Positions 17,439-27,044 of a stretch of 30,436 nucleotides of DNA are shown here, one piece after another (position 1 is the stretch's first letter; the number at the start of each line of letters is the position of its first letter). The notes below the pieces were generated by a model. It was not told where the DNA came from. It was given only the letters and a program-made list of their open reading frames with translations, and made no database searches. A program made the position numbers and the translations under genes. The DNA comes from Abditibacteriaceae bacterium (GTDB lineage: Bacteria > Armatimonadota > Abditibacteriia > Abditibacteriales > Abditibacteriaceae), in contig JANMKN010000352.1 in NCBI GenBank assembly GCA_031372065.1, positions 1 to 30,436 of the forward strand. Reading direction: 5' to 3'.

Positions 17439-20039
17439 ATGAAACCAACGATTTTTCTTTTGACTGCCGTATTGACGACAAGCGCTTTTGCCCAAAGTGA
17501 GGCGCGCTTTCCGTGGGTTATGCCGTGGGATGATGCCACCAAAAACGCGGCGGATGTGTCGTTTCTTAATCCGGCGCCGCTGACAAATAAGCAGCGCATC
17601 AGCGTGCGCGATGGGCATTTTTTTGATGCCACAAATCGCCGCGTGCGCTTTATGGGCACCGGCACCAGCGCGGGCGCGAATTTTCCCTCGAAAGAAGACG
17701 CGCCGAAAATCGCGGCGCGTTTGCACAAGCTGGGCTTTAACATTATTCGTTTGCATCACATGGACGCGACCTGGGCCAATCCGGGCATTTTTCAGGGCGA
17801 TGATAAGCGCGAAACCATTTCGCCCGACAGTTTGGACAAGCTGGATTTTTTCGTGGCCGCACTCAAGAAAAACGGCATCTACGTTGATTTGAATTTGCAC
17901 GTTTCGTGGGCGCCCAGCACACAAGCGGGCTTTCCCGATACCGATAAAATCCCTGACCTCGGCAAGCAAATTTCGTATTTTGAAAAACGCTCAATTGAGC
18001 ATCAAAAAAACTACGCCAAGCAGTTTTTGACGCACGTTAATCCCTACACCAAATTGAAATGGGCTGACGATCCGGCTATTGCGCTAATTGAAATCACCAA
18101 CGAAGACACGCTTTTTGGTGAGGCGTTTACCGGCAGTTTGCAAACTTTGCCACCGTATTACCGCGATCAATTGCAAGGCCAGTGGAACGGTTTTTTAAAA
18201 GCGAAATACCCCTCAACCGAAGCGCTTTTAAAAGCGTGGTCAGGCGCCAAAGAACTCGGCCCGAATTTATTGCAAAACGCGCAATTTGCCGCTGACGGCG
18301 ACAAGTGGACTTTTGAAAAACAAAACGGCCAATACGAAACGAAATTTGAAACTGCCGAAGGCGGGCCAACCGGCAAAGCGCTGCATCTTTCGGTCACGGA
18401 ACTTGCCGACCAAACGTGGAAGCATCAAGTTCATCAAAACGGCCTGAACTTTGAAGACGGCGCAGTTTATACGCTGCAATTTTGGGCGAAATCTGACAAA
18501 AACCGCACTTTGCCGCTTTATTTGGGCTACGACAAAGAGCCGTGGAATCATGTCGGCGAAGGCGGACGCGTGGCGCTGACAACGTCGTGGCAAAAGTTTA
18601 CGCGCGTGATTTCAGCGAACAATCCGCTGCCCGATCACAACCGTTTGTCGTTTCAAATCGGCGAGCAATTGGGCGATATTTGGCTGGCCGATTTATCGCT
18701 GCGAAAAGGCATCGTTGTCGAACTGGCGCCCGATCAAAAACTCGAAGACGGCACCATTGCTTTGGCTATCGGCGGCAACACGCCGCAAGGCCGCGACGCC
18801 ATTGATTTTCTGCTGGGCGTCGAACGCGATTTTTCGCTCCTGATGCGCGATTATATTCAGAAAGATTTGGGCGCTAAATCACCCGTCGCGTGTTCGCAGG
18901 CATGGCTCGGCGGTTTGGGCGGCGTGCTGCGCGAATCGCGCATGGATTGGGTGGATATGCACGCGTATTGGCAGCATCCCAATTTCCCCAATAAGCCGTG
19001 GGACAGCAGCGATTGGACAATTGATAACACCGCGATGGTGCGCGAATACAAAGGCGGCACTATTCCGCAGTTGGCGATGCACCGCATCGAAGGCAAGCCG
19101 TTTACCGTCACCGAATACAACCATCCGGCGCCCAATGATTACGCGGGCGAAACCATGCCTCTCATTGCCTCTTATGCCGCATGGCAAGATTGGGATGGCC
19201 TATTTCTATTCGATTATCATTCGAGCAGCGACGGCTGGGATGCCGATAAAATTACCGGTTATTTCGCTTCGGCCAGCGACCCCAATAAAATGGCGGCGTT
19301 GCCCGCTGCATCGCTGATTTTCTTGGGTGGATTGATTTCGCCCGTCGAGCGCAAAAGCACGCTGATTGTGCCGCGCAGCAGCGTGACCGAAGCAATTGCC
19401 AAAAGCAGCCTGTCGAATTTTTGGGATAGCAACATGGGCCGCTTGTGGGCGCAAAACGGCGCCACGCGTAGCGATTGGCTGCAAAGCAAAATGGCGGTTC
19501 GCCTTGTTGATGGCAACGCGCCGCTTGGCATTGAACGGCAGTTTTTGTCTTCGTCTGAAGCGCTCGAATGGCACACCGACGCGCCGGAAAATTCACTTTT
19601 CACCCTAAAAAGCGACAAGGTCAAGGGCGCAATTGGCTTTTTGGGCGGGCAATGGGTTGATTTGGGCGGTTTTGTGGTGCAAATGGAGAAAACGCCGCGT
19701 AATTTCGCCACTATCATGCTTACGCCGCGCGATGATAAGCCAGTTGCTAAATCGAAATCGCTGTTGCTGACAGCCTTGGCCGATATTGAAAACAACGGCA
19801 TGAAATGGAACGAAGCGCGCACCAGCGTCGGAACCAATTGGGGCACAGGGCCGACAATGGCGCAAGACATTCCGGCGCAAATTATCGTGCGCACCGAGGC
19901 CAAAAAAGTCACAGTTTATGCGCTGGATGGCAGCGGCAAGCGGGCGCAAACGGTGCCGTCGCAAATCGTCAACGGCCAACTTCGTTTTCGCATCGGGGCG
20001 CAGTTTCAAACCATCTGGTATGAAATCGAAGCGGGTTAG
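17439..20039 (+). CDS. GH5/clan-A-like glycoside hydrolase with an inserted CBM4/9-like domain
   Basis: Signal peptide; GFNIIRLHHMD, NLH, HVNPYT, EITNED (acid/base), DMHAYW, VTEYNHP (nucleophile); insert NLLQNAQF...WLADLSL. Confidence 0.78.
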   Translation: MKPTIFLLTAVLTTSAFAQSEARFPWVMPWDDATKNAADVSFLNPAPLTNKQRISVRDGHFFDATNRRVRFMGTGTSAGANFPSKEDAPKIAARLHKLGFNIIRLHHMDATWANPGIFQGDDKRETISPDSLDKLDFFVAALKKNGIYVDLNLHVSWAPSTQAGFPDTDKIPDLGKQISYFEKRSIEHQKNYAKQFLTHVNPYTKLKWADDPAIALIEITNEDTLFGEAFTGSLQTLPPYYRDQLQGQWNGFLKAKYPSTEALLKAWSGAKELGPNLLQNAQFAADGDKWTFEKQNGQYETKFETAEGGPTGKALHLSVTELADQTWKHQVHQNGLNFEDGAVYTLQFWAKSDKNRTLPLYLGYDKEPWNHVGEGGRVALTTSWQKFTRVISANNPLPDHNRLSFQIGEQLGDIWLADLSLRKGIVVELAPDQKLEDGTIALAIGGNTPQGRDAIDFLLGVERDFSLLMRDYIQKDLGAKSPVACSQAWLGGLGGVLRESRMDWVDMHAYWQHPNFPNKPWDSSDWTIDNTAMVREYKGGTIPQLAMHRIEGKPFTVTEYNHPAPNDYAGETMPLIASYAAWQDWDGLFLFDYHSSSDGWDADKITGYFASASDPNKMAALPAASLIFLGGLISPVERKSTLIVPRSSVTEAIAKSSLSNFWDSNMGRLWAQNGATRSDWLQSKMAVRLVDGNAPLGIERQFLSSSEALEWHTDAPENSLFTLKSDKVKGAIGFLGGQWVDLGGFVVQMEKTPRNFATIMLTPRDDKPVAKSKSLLLTALADIENNGMKWNEARTSVGTNWGTGPTMAQDIPAQIIVRTEAKKVTVYALDGSGKRAQTVPSQIVNGQLRFRIGAQFQTIWYEIEAG

Positions 20040-20084
20040 TCTGTCGGCAACCAAGACCGCACGACGCTTGTCCATAAAGTTGCC

Positions 20085-21122
20085 ATGAAAATTTTCTCTG
20101 CCTTTTCGCCCGCGCTGGTGTTTGTAGTTTTGAGCGCGGTTTCCCTGTCGTCATCCAGCAACGGCGCACAAAAATCACGCCTCAAAATTATGAAACACAC
20201 TTTTACCAACCCGATTTTGCATAACGGCGCCGATCCGTGGGTGACCAAACAGGACAACGCGTATTACTATTGCGGCGCGGATGGTGGCGCGATTTTCGTT
20301 GGCAAATCGGCAACGCTGCAAACCATCGGCTCCAACACCAAAAACGTCTGGTTCCCGCCGAAAAAAACGGCGTATTCACACGAACTGTGGGCGCCGGAGC
20401 TACATTTTTTGCAAGGCAAATGGTTTATTTATCTCGCCGCCGATGACGGCAAAAACGAAAACCATCTGATGTATGTTTTACGCGCCAAAACCGACGATGC
20501 ACAAGGCACCTACGAAATGATGGGCGCTTTGGATACGGGCATCCAAACCCCAAAAGGCCATCAAAAACGCTGGGCTATTGACGGCACAATTTTGGAGTTA
20601 AACGGCAAGCTGTATTTCATCTGGTCGGGCTGGCAGGGCACAGAAAACGTCGCGCAAAATTTATATATCGCGCCGATGAGCAATCCATGGACAATTTCCG
20701 GCCCGCGCGTTTTGATTTCCAAACCGGAACTGCCGTGGGAACTCAACGGCAAGCCCTTTATCAACGAAGGCGCGGAAGTTTTGCAGCGCAACGGCAAAAC
20801 CTTCGTGATTTATTCGGCCAGCGGCTCGTGGACGGATGATTATTGCTTGGGCCAACTGACTTTATTTGGCGATAATCCGCTTGATGCCAAAAGCTGGAAA
20901 AAGCATCCCAAAGCCGTTTTTGCCAAGACTAAGGAGGTTTTCGGCCCCGGTCACGCGTCTTTTGTGAACGACGGCAAGCGCGATTGGATTATCTATCATA
21001 GCGCGAAATTTTCCGGCGCGGGTTGGAATCGCGATGTGCGAATGCAACCGTTTACATGGAATGCCGATGGCTCGCCGCATTTTGGTGCGCCGCTCTCGCC
21101 GAAAACGCCGATTGAATATTAA
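20085..21122 (+). CDS. Glycoside hydrolase family 43 (arabinofuranosidase-like)
   Basis: NPI..GADPW, LWAPELH, WAIDGT, INEGAE, FGPGHASF, IIYH. Confidence 0.92.
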   Translation: MKIFSAFSPALVFVVLSAVSLSSSSNGAQKSRLKIMKHTFTNPILHNGADPWVTKQDNAYYYCGADGGAIFVGKSATLQTIGSNTKNVWFPPKKTAYSHELWAPELHFLQGKWFIYLAADDGKNENHLMYVLRAKTDDAQGTYEMMGALDTGIQTPKGHQKRWAIDGTILELNGKLYFIWSGWQGTENVAQNLYIAPMSNPWTISGPRVLISKPELPWELNGKPFINEGAEVLQRNGKTFVIYSASGSWTDDYCLGQLTLFGDNPLDAKSWKKHPKAVFAKTKEVFGPGHASFVNDGKRDWIIYHSAKFSGAGWNRDVRMQPFTWNADGSPHFGAPLSPKTPIEY

Positions 21123-21126
21123 ACGC

Positions 21127-21163
21127 AAAAAAGGCCTGCACGAAAATTCGTGCAGGCCTTTTT
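21127..21163. terminator. Bidirectional intrinsic terminator between convergent genes
   Basis: AAAAAA-GGCCTGCACGAA-aa-TTCGTGCAGGCC-TTTTT. Confidence 0.85.
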
Positions 21164-21178
21164 ATTCAAAAACGAGCC

Positions 21179-21910
21179 TTAGTTACCGGGCCGTCCGCCG
21201 CCGGGAGCGCCGCCTTGACCACCTTGACCGCCACCATTTCCGCCGCCACGTCCGCCACCAAAGCCACCACGCCCATAGGGGCTATCCGTAAACACTTGCC
21301 CTAATCCACCAATCAAATTGGTTTCTTGGCCCAGCACGCCTAAGACCACCAACGTGGTTTCCAATTTGGGCTGCGTGGTGTATTTGTAAGTCACATCGAA
21401 TTTTTCGAGTTTTTCTTTCTTTTTGTTTTGATAAGCCGCAACCGCATCGCGGAAGGTCTTCAGTTCAGTCGTGAACGCTTCAGGCTGAAAAGCGGGGTCG
21501 GTCAATTTCTGCGCCAGTTGGCGTTCCATTTCTTGCAAACTCGCCAAACCTTCGGTGTCAACCTTCATCATGTCAATCACAGCATCTTGCAACGCGGCAT
21601 CGCCATAACCTGCGGCTGTCAAGGCTTGGCGCACCCAATCGGTGCGCTCTTTTTCGCGCTGCTGCATGAACTGCGCCCGACGCGCTTCCATCTGCGCACG
21701 CTGTTCGGGCGTCATGTTTTGCCCGCGTTGCTGCTGAAATTGTGCCTGCTGCGCCGGCGTGAGGTTGTCGCGACGCTCGCGATTGTCTTGGCGCTGAACT
21801 TGGCGATCTGCCCGATCTCGCTGGGCCTGCGCCATGTGCATACCAAATGTCATGTTGAAAACGGCCCCACAACTCAACAGGGCCAAATTCCGCTTCGTGC
21901 TGTTCTTCAT
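21179..21910 (-). CDS. Secreted Gln/Arg-rich helical protein with LTXXQ-like motifs and a Gly-rich C-terminus
   Basis: AAGGAG RBS before ATG 21910; signal peptide ending AQA; NLTPAQQ, NMTPEQR; tail GRGGFGGGRGGGNGGGQGG. Confidence 0.78.
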   Translation of the reverse strand: MKNSTKRNLALLSCGAVFNMTFGMHMAQAQRDRADRQVQRQDNRERRDNLTPAQQAQFQQQRGQNMTPEQRAQMEARRAQFMQQREKERTDWVRQALTAAGYGDAALQDAVIDMMKVDTEGLASLQEMERQLAQKLTDPAFQPEAFTTELKTFRDAVAAYQNKKKEKLEKFDVTYKYTTQPKLETTLVVLGVLGQETNLIGGLGQVFTDSPYGRGGFGGGRGGGNGGGQGGQGGAPGGGRPGN

Positions 21911-21941
21911 AATTTTCTCCTTGTGTCTTCCAATGTCAGAT

Positions 21942-22649
21942 TTAATAAGCGCAGTAAGTCGCGTTGCCGCCACTGGGTGAATTTACTCCGCCGTTGCAAT
22001 TTGCGACAACAGAACCGTCTAAAACTTTAGTAGGCAATAACCACTTCACGTGTCCATCAGCAAAAATGTAATTGCCACCTTCCAAATGGCGACGCGGGCC
22101 AATTGTGCCTTGCGGTTTGCTAACGCTGTAGGCCGCCGCACTGGAGGCTGTTCCTGCCGAAGCATCACCCAGCATAACCACATTGGCCTGACGTTCAACT
22201 TGAGCATCAGCTAATGTGCCACTTCCAAGATTGAAATTGTAGGCATAATCCGTAAAATTGGGTAAAATCGCCCGATCTTCAAGCTTGGCAGTTGTCGGCC
22301 CCAGCACAACCGTGGCGCTATCGCTGGGACATTGCAGTAGCTGTTCGCTTTTCAAATATGGCTGAATGGTGTAGGCCCAACCAGTTAGTGGTTGGCTGGC
22401 TACAGCGCGCCCATCCGCAGGAAAAGTGTCGTCGTAATCCTGCATATATTGCTTGATGCCCAATCCCAATTGCTTGACTTGCGAAGAGCAACTGGACTTG
22501 CGCGCATTTTCACGGGCACGGGCAAAAACCGGAAACAAAATCGCAGCGAGAAGCGCTATTATCGCTATGACGACAAGCAATTCTATCAGCGTGAACGCAC
22601 TGTTCACTTGTCCGCGATGGGCATTCTTTCGTGTGAGTTGAAGTTTCAT
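21942..22649 (-). CDS. Prepilin-type N-terminal cleavage/methylation, DUF1559 / H-X9-DG protein
   Basis: [37 protein letters not shown]...[28 protein letters not shown]. Likely ATG 22649. Confidence 0.92.
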   Translation of the reverse strand: MKLQLTRKNAHRGQVNSAFTLIELLVVIAIIALLAAILFPVFARARENARKSSCSSQVKQLGLGIKQYMQDYDDTFPADGRAVASQPLTGWAYTIQPYLKSEQLLQCPSDSATVVLGPTTAKLEDRAILPNFTDYAYNFNLGSGTLADAQVERQANVVMLGDASAGTASSAAAYSVSKPQGTIGPRRHLEGGNYIFADGHVKWLLPTKVLDGSVVANCNGGVNSPSGGNATYCAY

Positions 22650-23028
22650 ACATTCTTCTTTAAATCCGCATTTTGCTCTGAGCCAACGTTTTCGGCGTTT
22701 TACACCTACCCGTTTTGCAGATTGCATAGAGTAGAACAAATCTCAGTTGCTTTGATGGTTAAGACAGAGAAAATCTCTGGTAAAGAATCGTTAGTTTCGC
22801 GCACCACAACCCTTTTTCTTGGCTTCTTTGAATTTTGCTAACAGTTCTTTACCAATGTCTAACCCACGCGCGGCTCTTTACAGGCGATATTAAAGTGTCG
22901 GAAGAATGGGATTTGGAATTGCAACATATTTGGCTCGCCCCATAAACGGTTGTATTATAAAAGGCCCCAAAAGGGCGCGGGTGTGTTTTAATTTGAAAAG
23001 GACACTTACCTTGACTGCGGATTACCTT

Positions 23029-23733
23029 ATGACAACTGCACGCCTTTTGATGGTAGATGACGATGTCGAATTGGTCGAACTGGTTGGCGAATATCTGCGT
23101 CGCGAAGGTTTCGAAGTGGACACTGTTCACGACGGCGAATCAGGTGTGAGCAAAACGTTGGCTGGCTCTTACGACATGATTATATTGGATGTAATGCTGC
23201 CCGGCATTGGCGGTTTTGAAGTGCTGCGGCGCATCCGCACGACTTCAGCCGTTCCGGTGGTCATGCTCACAGCGCGCGGCGATGAATTAGATCGTGTGCT
23301 GGGTTTGGAAACCGGCGCCGATGATTATCTGGCGAAACCGTTTTCCTCGCGCGAACTGGTGGCTCGCATTCGCGCTGTCTTGCGGCGCGGCGAAACAAAA
23401 GCCGCAAACTCTGCGGCCAGTGCCGTGCTGAAAGTGGGAAATGTAGAACTCGAAGCCGCCGCCCGCGCAGTGCGCAAAGGCGGTCAACTTGTCGAACTCA
23501 CCGCCGCTGAATTCGATTTACTCGATTTGCTGATGCGTTCGGCTGGAGAAGTAGTTTCGCGCGAAGACATCGCCCGCAAAGTTTTGGATCGCCTGCTTTT
23601 GCCAATGGATCGTAGCATTGATGTTCACGTTTCCAATTTGCGCAAAAAACTTGGCTCCGCGCCAGACGGCAGCGAATATATCAAGACTGTGCGCAGCGTC
23701 GGCTATATTTTCGCCCGCCCTTCTGTCGGTTGA
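23029..23733 (+). CDS. OmpR/PhoB-family response regulator, CpxR-like
   Basis: LMVDDD, ILDVMLP, MLTARGDELDRVLGLE, IDVHVSNLRKKL, TVRSVGY. ATG 23029. Confidence 0.95.
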   Translation: MTTARLLMVDDDVELVELVGEYLRREGFEVDTVHDGESGVSKTLAGSYDMIILDVMLPGIGGFEVLRRIRTTSAVPVVMLTARGDELDRVLGLETGADDYLAKPFSSRELVARIRAVLRRGETKAANSAASAVLKVGNVELEAAARAVRKGGQLVELTAAEFDLLDLLMRSAGEVVSREDIARKVLDRLLLPMDRSIDVHVSNLRKKLGSAPDGSEYIKTVRSVGYIFARPSVG

Positions 23734-23786
23734 AATTTGGAACGTGGCCTGCCTGCTGCTACCTGCTGACCACTGCCCACCGAATC

Positions 23787-25223
23787 ATGCGCAGTTTGTT
23801 TTTCAAAATTTTGGTTTGGTTTTGGCTTTCCAATGTTCTGCTGGTTTCCCTGTCCGTGGGCTATTTCATGGCGACCAACGACGCGCGTCAACGCCAAAAC
23901 ATCCAAGCGATGCGGCGGAGGGGACGCAGTTCTTTGGGCGCGGCCTTGGATTTAACAGCACAGAATGCCGCGTTTCTTTACGAAACCGAAGGCAAAAAAA
24001 GCCTTGCCGAATTTATCGCCCAAACACAGGAAGTTACGGGGCTGACTTTATGGCTTTTTCGTATTCGAGGCGCGGAAGTGAGCGAACTCAGCGGCCAATC
24101 GGTGCCGAATACGACGCGCAAAGCTGCCTTGAAAGTTTTGGAATCGGAAGACATTGAACGCATCCCGGAAGGCGATTTTCTCTATACCGCGCGTCCGGCG
24201 ATTTCCTTTAATGGTGAAGCGTATATTATCGTTTCCAAGGGTCGCGACTTCTTCGGCGGTATGCCGGGCCAAGGCCCGCGCCCACAAGACTCGCTTTTGC
24301 AAAATATCTGGTCGCAGTTACCGACTTCCTTTCCGCAGGCACTGATTTTTCTGGGCGGCGCTGGCGTAGTTTGTTATGCGCTGGCTTTTTACTTTGCCTC
24401 GCCCGTAAAAAATCTGCGGCAAGCCACGAATTTGTTGGCGGAAGGCGATTTAAGCGTGCGTGTCGGCCCGAAAATGGGGCGACGCCGCGACGAATTAGCA
24501 GATTTGGGACGCGATTTTGACCGCATGGCCGAGCGTCTGCAAATTCTTATGGTGTCGCAGCGCCGCTTGTTGGGCGATATTTCCCACGAATTACGTTCAC
24601 CTTTGGCGCGCATGAACGTCGCCTTGGAATTAGCCGAGCAAACCGCAAACGACGACACGCAGATTTATTTGCAACGCATTTATCGGGAATCGGGGCGCTT
24701 AAACGAACTCATCGGCCAATTATTGGCCTTAGCGCGCCTTGAAAGCGGCGATACCAAAGACCGCGAAACGCCCGTGAATTTGAGCGAACTCATCGAAGAA
24801 GTGGCTCATGACGCCGATTTCGAGGCGAAAAGCAACAAGTGTGGCGTAGTAATAACGCACAACGACGACGCACAAACCATCGGCAATATTGAACTGTTGC
24901 GCAGTGCCATCGAAAACGTGGTGCGCAACGCGATTCGCTATACGGGCGAGGCAACTCAAGTCGAAATCGAGCAACGCCAGAAAAACGGCGAAGCCTTAAT
25001 CCGCGTGCGCGATCACGGACCGGGCGTGCCCGAAGAAGCCTTGAGCGAGCTTTTTCGCCCCTTTTATCGCGTGGCACCGGCGCGCGATAGACAAAGCGGC
25101 GGCGTGGGCCTCGGTTTAGCCATCGCCGAGCGCGCTATCAAAGCGCACGGCGGCTCAATTTCGGCCTCCAACGCCTCCGGCGGCGGTTTATTAGTCGAAT
25201 TTCGCCTGCCGTTGAATCAATAA
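23787..25223 (+). CDS. HAMP-domain sensor histidine kinase, CpxA-like
   Basis: Two TM segments, HAMP (RRDELADLGRDFDRMAE), H-box DISHELRSPL, ENVVRNAIRY, DHGPG, FRPFYR, GVGLGL. Confidence 0.95.
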   Translation: MRSLFFKILVWFWLSNVLLVSLSVGYFMATNDARQRQNIQAMRRRGRSSLGAALDLTAQNAAFLYETEGKKSLAEFIAQTQEVTGLTLWLFRIRGAEVSELSGQSVPNTTRKAALKVLESEDIERIPEGDFLYTARPAISFNGEAYIIVSKGRDFFGGMPGQGPRPQDSLLQNIWSQLPTSFPQALIFLGGAGVVCYALAFYFASPVKNLRQATNLLAEGDLSVRVGPKMGRRRDELADLGRDFDRMAERLQILMVSQRRLLGDISHELRSPLARMNVALELAEQTANDDTQIYLQRIYRESGRLNELIGQLLALARLESGDTKDRETPVNLSELIEEVAHDADFEAKSNKCGVVITHNDDAQTIGNIELLRSAIENVVRNAIRYTGEATQVEIEQRQKNGEALIRVRDHGPGVPEEALSELFRPFYRVAPARDRQSGGVGLGLAIAERAIKAHGGSISASNASGGGLLVEFRLPLNQ

Positions 25224-25239
25224 TCAGCGCTGGTTTATC

Positions 25240-25407
25240 TCCGAAAGTTGATTTCCGCATCGCAAATCGGTTTTGGGAGAGTCTGAAAATCGATTTGCGA
25301 TACGGAAATCACTTTTGGGAGAGTCGGAAAATCGATTTCCGATACGGAAATCAACTTTAGGAGAGCCGAAAAACCGATTTCCGTAGCGGAAATCACTTTT
25401 TGGCGAC
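25240..25407. repeat. Tandem array of four 42-bp palindromic units
   Basis: Units at 25240, 25282, 25324 and 25366; core GATTTCCG-N3-CGGAAATC (with variants) inside A-rich/T-rich arms; exact 42-bp period. Confidence 0.9.
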
Positions 25408-25482
25408 AGAAAATCTTGCGCCGCGCCTTGTCGTAACCGAAAATTGAACTATCTAAAAACGCAGGTTAAAAGGGAGATGCCG

Positions 25483-26313
25483 ATGTCCACAGCCGTTCAG
25501 ACTTTGCCGGATTTGCACGAAGATTACGCCCTCACGCCCACTCAAATCGAGACTTATCGCGAAAAAGGCCACGTCCATTTGCCCGCCGTGCTTTCGGCAG
25601 AGGAATTGGCCGCTTTCCGGCCCATCCTCAATCACGCCGCCGACGCTTACAACACCGAAAAGCGTCCGATGGAAGAGCGCGACACTTATGGCAAAGCGTT
25701 TTTGCAAATCATGAATTTGTGGACAAAAGACGAAGCCGTGCGCCGCTACGTTTTCGCGCGGCGCTTCGCCAAAATCGCCGCCGAACTGATGGGTGTGGAC
25801 GGCGTGCGTTTGTATCACGACCAAGCGCTTTTCAAAGAGCCTTTTGGCGGCCCAACGCCGTGGCATCAAGATCAGTATTATTGGCCGCTCGGCACCGACA
25901 ACACCATTACCATGTGGATGCCGCTGGTGGATGTGCCCGACGAAGTGGGCACCTTAACTTTCGCCACCGGCTCACGCGAAGCCGGTTTTTTGGGCGATTT
26001 TGAAATCAGCGACGAATCGGACGCGATTTTTGAGGTTCTGGTGCGCGAAAAAGGGATGCAACTGCATAATTACGGCGGCATGAAAGCGGGCGATGTGTCA
26101 TTTCATTCCGGCTGGACACTGCACGGCGCGCCGGGCAATCCGACGCCCAATATGCGCGAAGTAATGACGATTATTTACTTTCCCGATGGCATCAAAGTCA
26201 CCGATCCGGGCGATAATCCGCATCGCAACAACGATTTGCGCACTTGGCTGCCCGGCCTCAAACCCGGCGATTTCGCCGCGAGCGAATTGAATCCCCTGCT
26301 CTACAAAAAGTAA
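25483..26313 (+). CDS. Phytanoyl-CoA dioxygenase (PhyH) family Fe(II)/2-oxoglutarate oxygenase
   Basis: RLYHDQALFKEP, TPWHQD, MKAGDVSFHSGWTLHGA...R; AAGGGAG RBS before ATG 25483. Confidence 0.92.
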   Translation: MSTAVQTLPDLHEDYALTPTQIETYREKGHVHLPAVLSAEELAAFRPILNHAADAYNTEKRPMEERDTYGKAFLQIMNLWTKDEAVRRYVFARRFAKIAAELMGVDGVRLYHDQALFKEPFGGPTPWHQDQYYWPLGTDNTITMWMPLVDVPDEVGTLTFATGSREAGFLGDFEISDESDAIFEVLVREKGMQLHNYGGMKAGDVSFHSGWTLHGAPGNPTPNMREVMTIIYFPDGIKVTDPGDNPHRNNDLRTWLPGLKPGDFAASELNPLLYKK

Positions 26314-26317
26314 TCCC

Positions 26318-26998
26318 ATGAAAAATGCAAACTTTCGCGGAATCGCCCTTGTCGCGGTGCTTTTCGCTGCTTTTCTGCCCGGTTGTGGCGGCGGAAGCTC
26401 CAACGGCGTGCCGAGCACCTGCGATCTGGCTTCGTTCACGCCCAATTATGCGGATTCATCCAATTTACGCCATTGGAATGGCTTTCCGCTGCGCGTTTTT
26501 CTCGGCCCGGCCAATCAATCCACCATTGATTTAACTTTGCGCGGCTTCGATCAATGGGTCAGCGCCACCGGGGGCCGCGTGGATTATGTTTTGGTGAATA
26601 ATGCCGCCAACGCCGATGTAACGGTGGCGTTCGACATCAATAACGGCGGCCCGCAATTGGGCTTGACGACGGTGACATTTTCGGGCAAAACGATTGCGCA
26701 AGCGGAGATCGAATTCTTCTTTGTGCCGTTCAATCAGCCCAATGCCGCGCGCATTAATCAAATCACTGCCGCGCACGAATTCGGTCACGCTCTGGGTTTG
26801 AGCTTGCATAGCCCCGTTGATACTGATCTGATGGCAGCGCAAACCGATGGCACCAATACGCAAATCAGCACGCGCGATTTGAACACCTTGCTAACCGCTT
26901 ATTGCAACACCTTCCCTCAACGCCTCAGCACATCCGGCCCAGTAAAATTGCCCAGCGGCCCGTTGGAAAAATTCACCATTGGCACGACGAAGAAATAG
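26318..26998 (+). CDS. Matrixin/M10-like zinc metalloprotease lipoprotein
   Basis: Lipobox FLPG-C; zinc motif HEFGHALGLSLH followed by Met-turn DLM. Confidence 0.85.
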   Translation: MKNANFRGIALVAVLFAAFLPGCGGGSSNGVPSTCDLASFTPNYADSSNLRHWNGFPLRVFLGPANQSTIDLTLRGFDQWVSATGGRVDYVLVNNAANADVTVAFDINNGGPQLGLTTVTFSGKTIAQAEIEFFFVPFNQPNAARINQITAAHEFGHALGLSLHSPVDTDLMAAQTDGTNTQISTRDLNTLLTAYCNTFPQRLSTSGPVKLPSGPLEKFTIGTTKK

Positions 26999-27044
26999 AA
27001 ACACCACAGGGATTCCACGGTTTGTGGAATCCCTGTGGTGTTTC
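26998..27044. terminator. Bidirectional terminator hairpin filling the gap between convergent stops
   Basis: Perfect 21-bp stem GAAACACCACAGGGATTCCAC / GTGGAATCCCTGTGGTGTTTC with loop GGTTT. Confidence 0.8.

Noticed and set aside
25240..25407. CRISPR array
   Set aside because: Units are contiguous with no unique spacers, the repeats are degenerate, and no cas genes are in the window.
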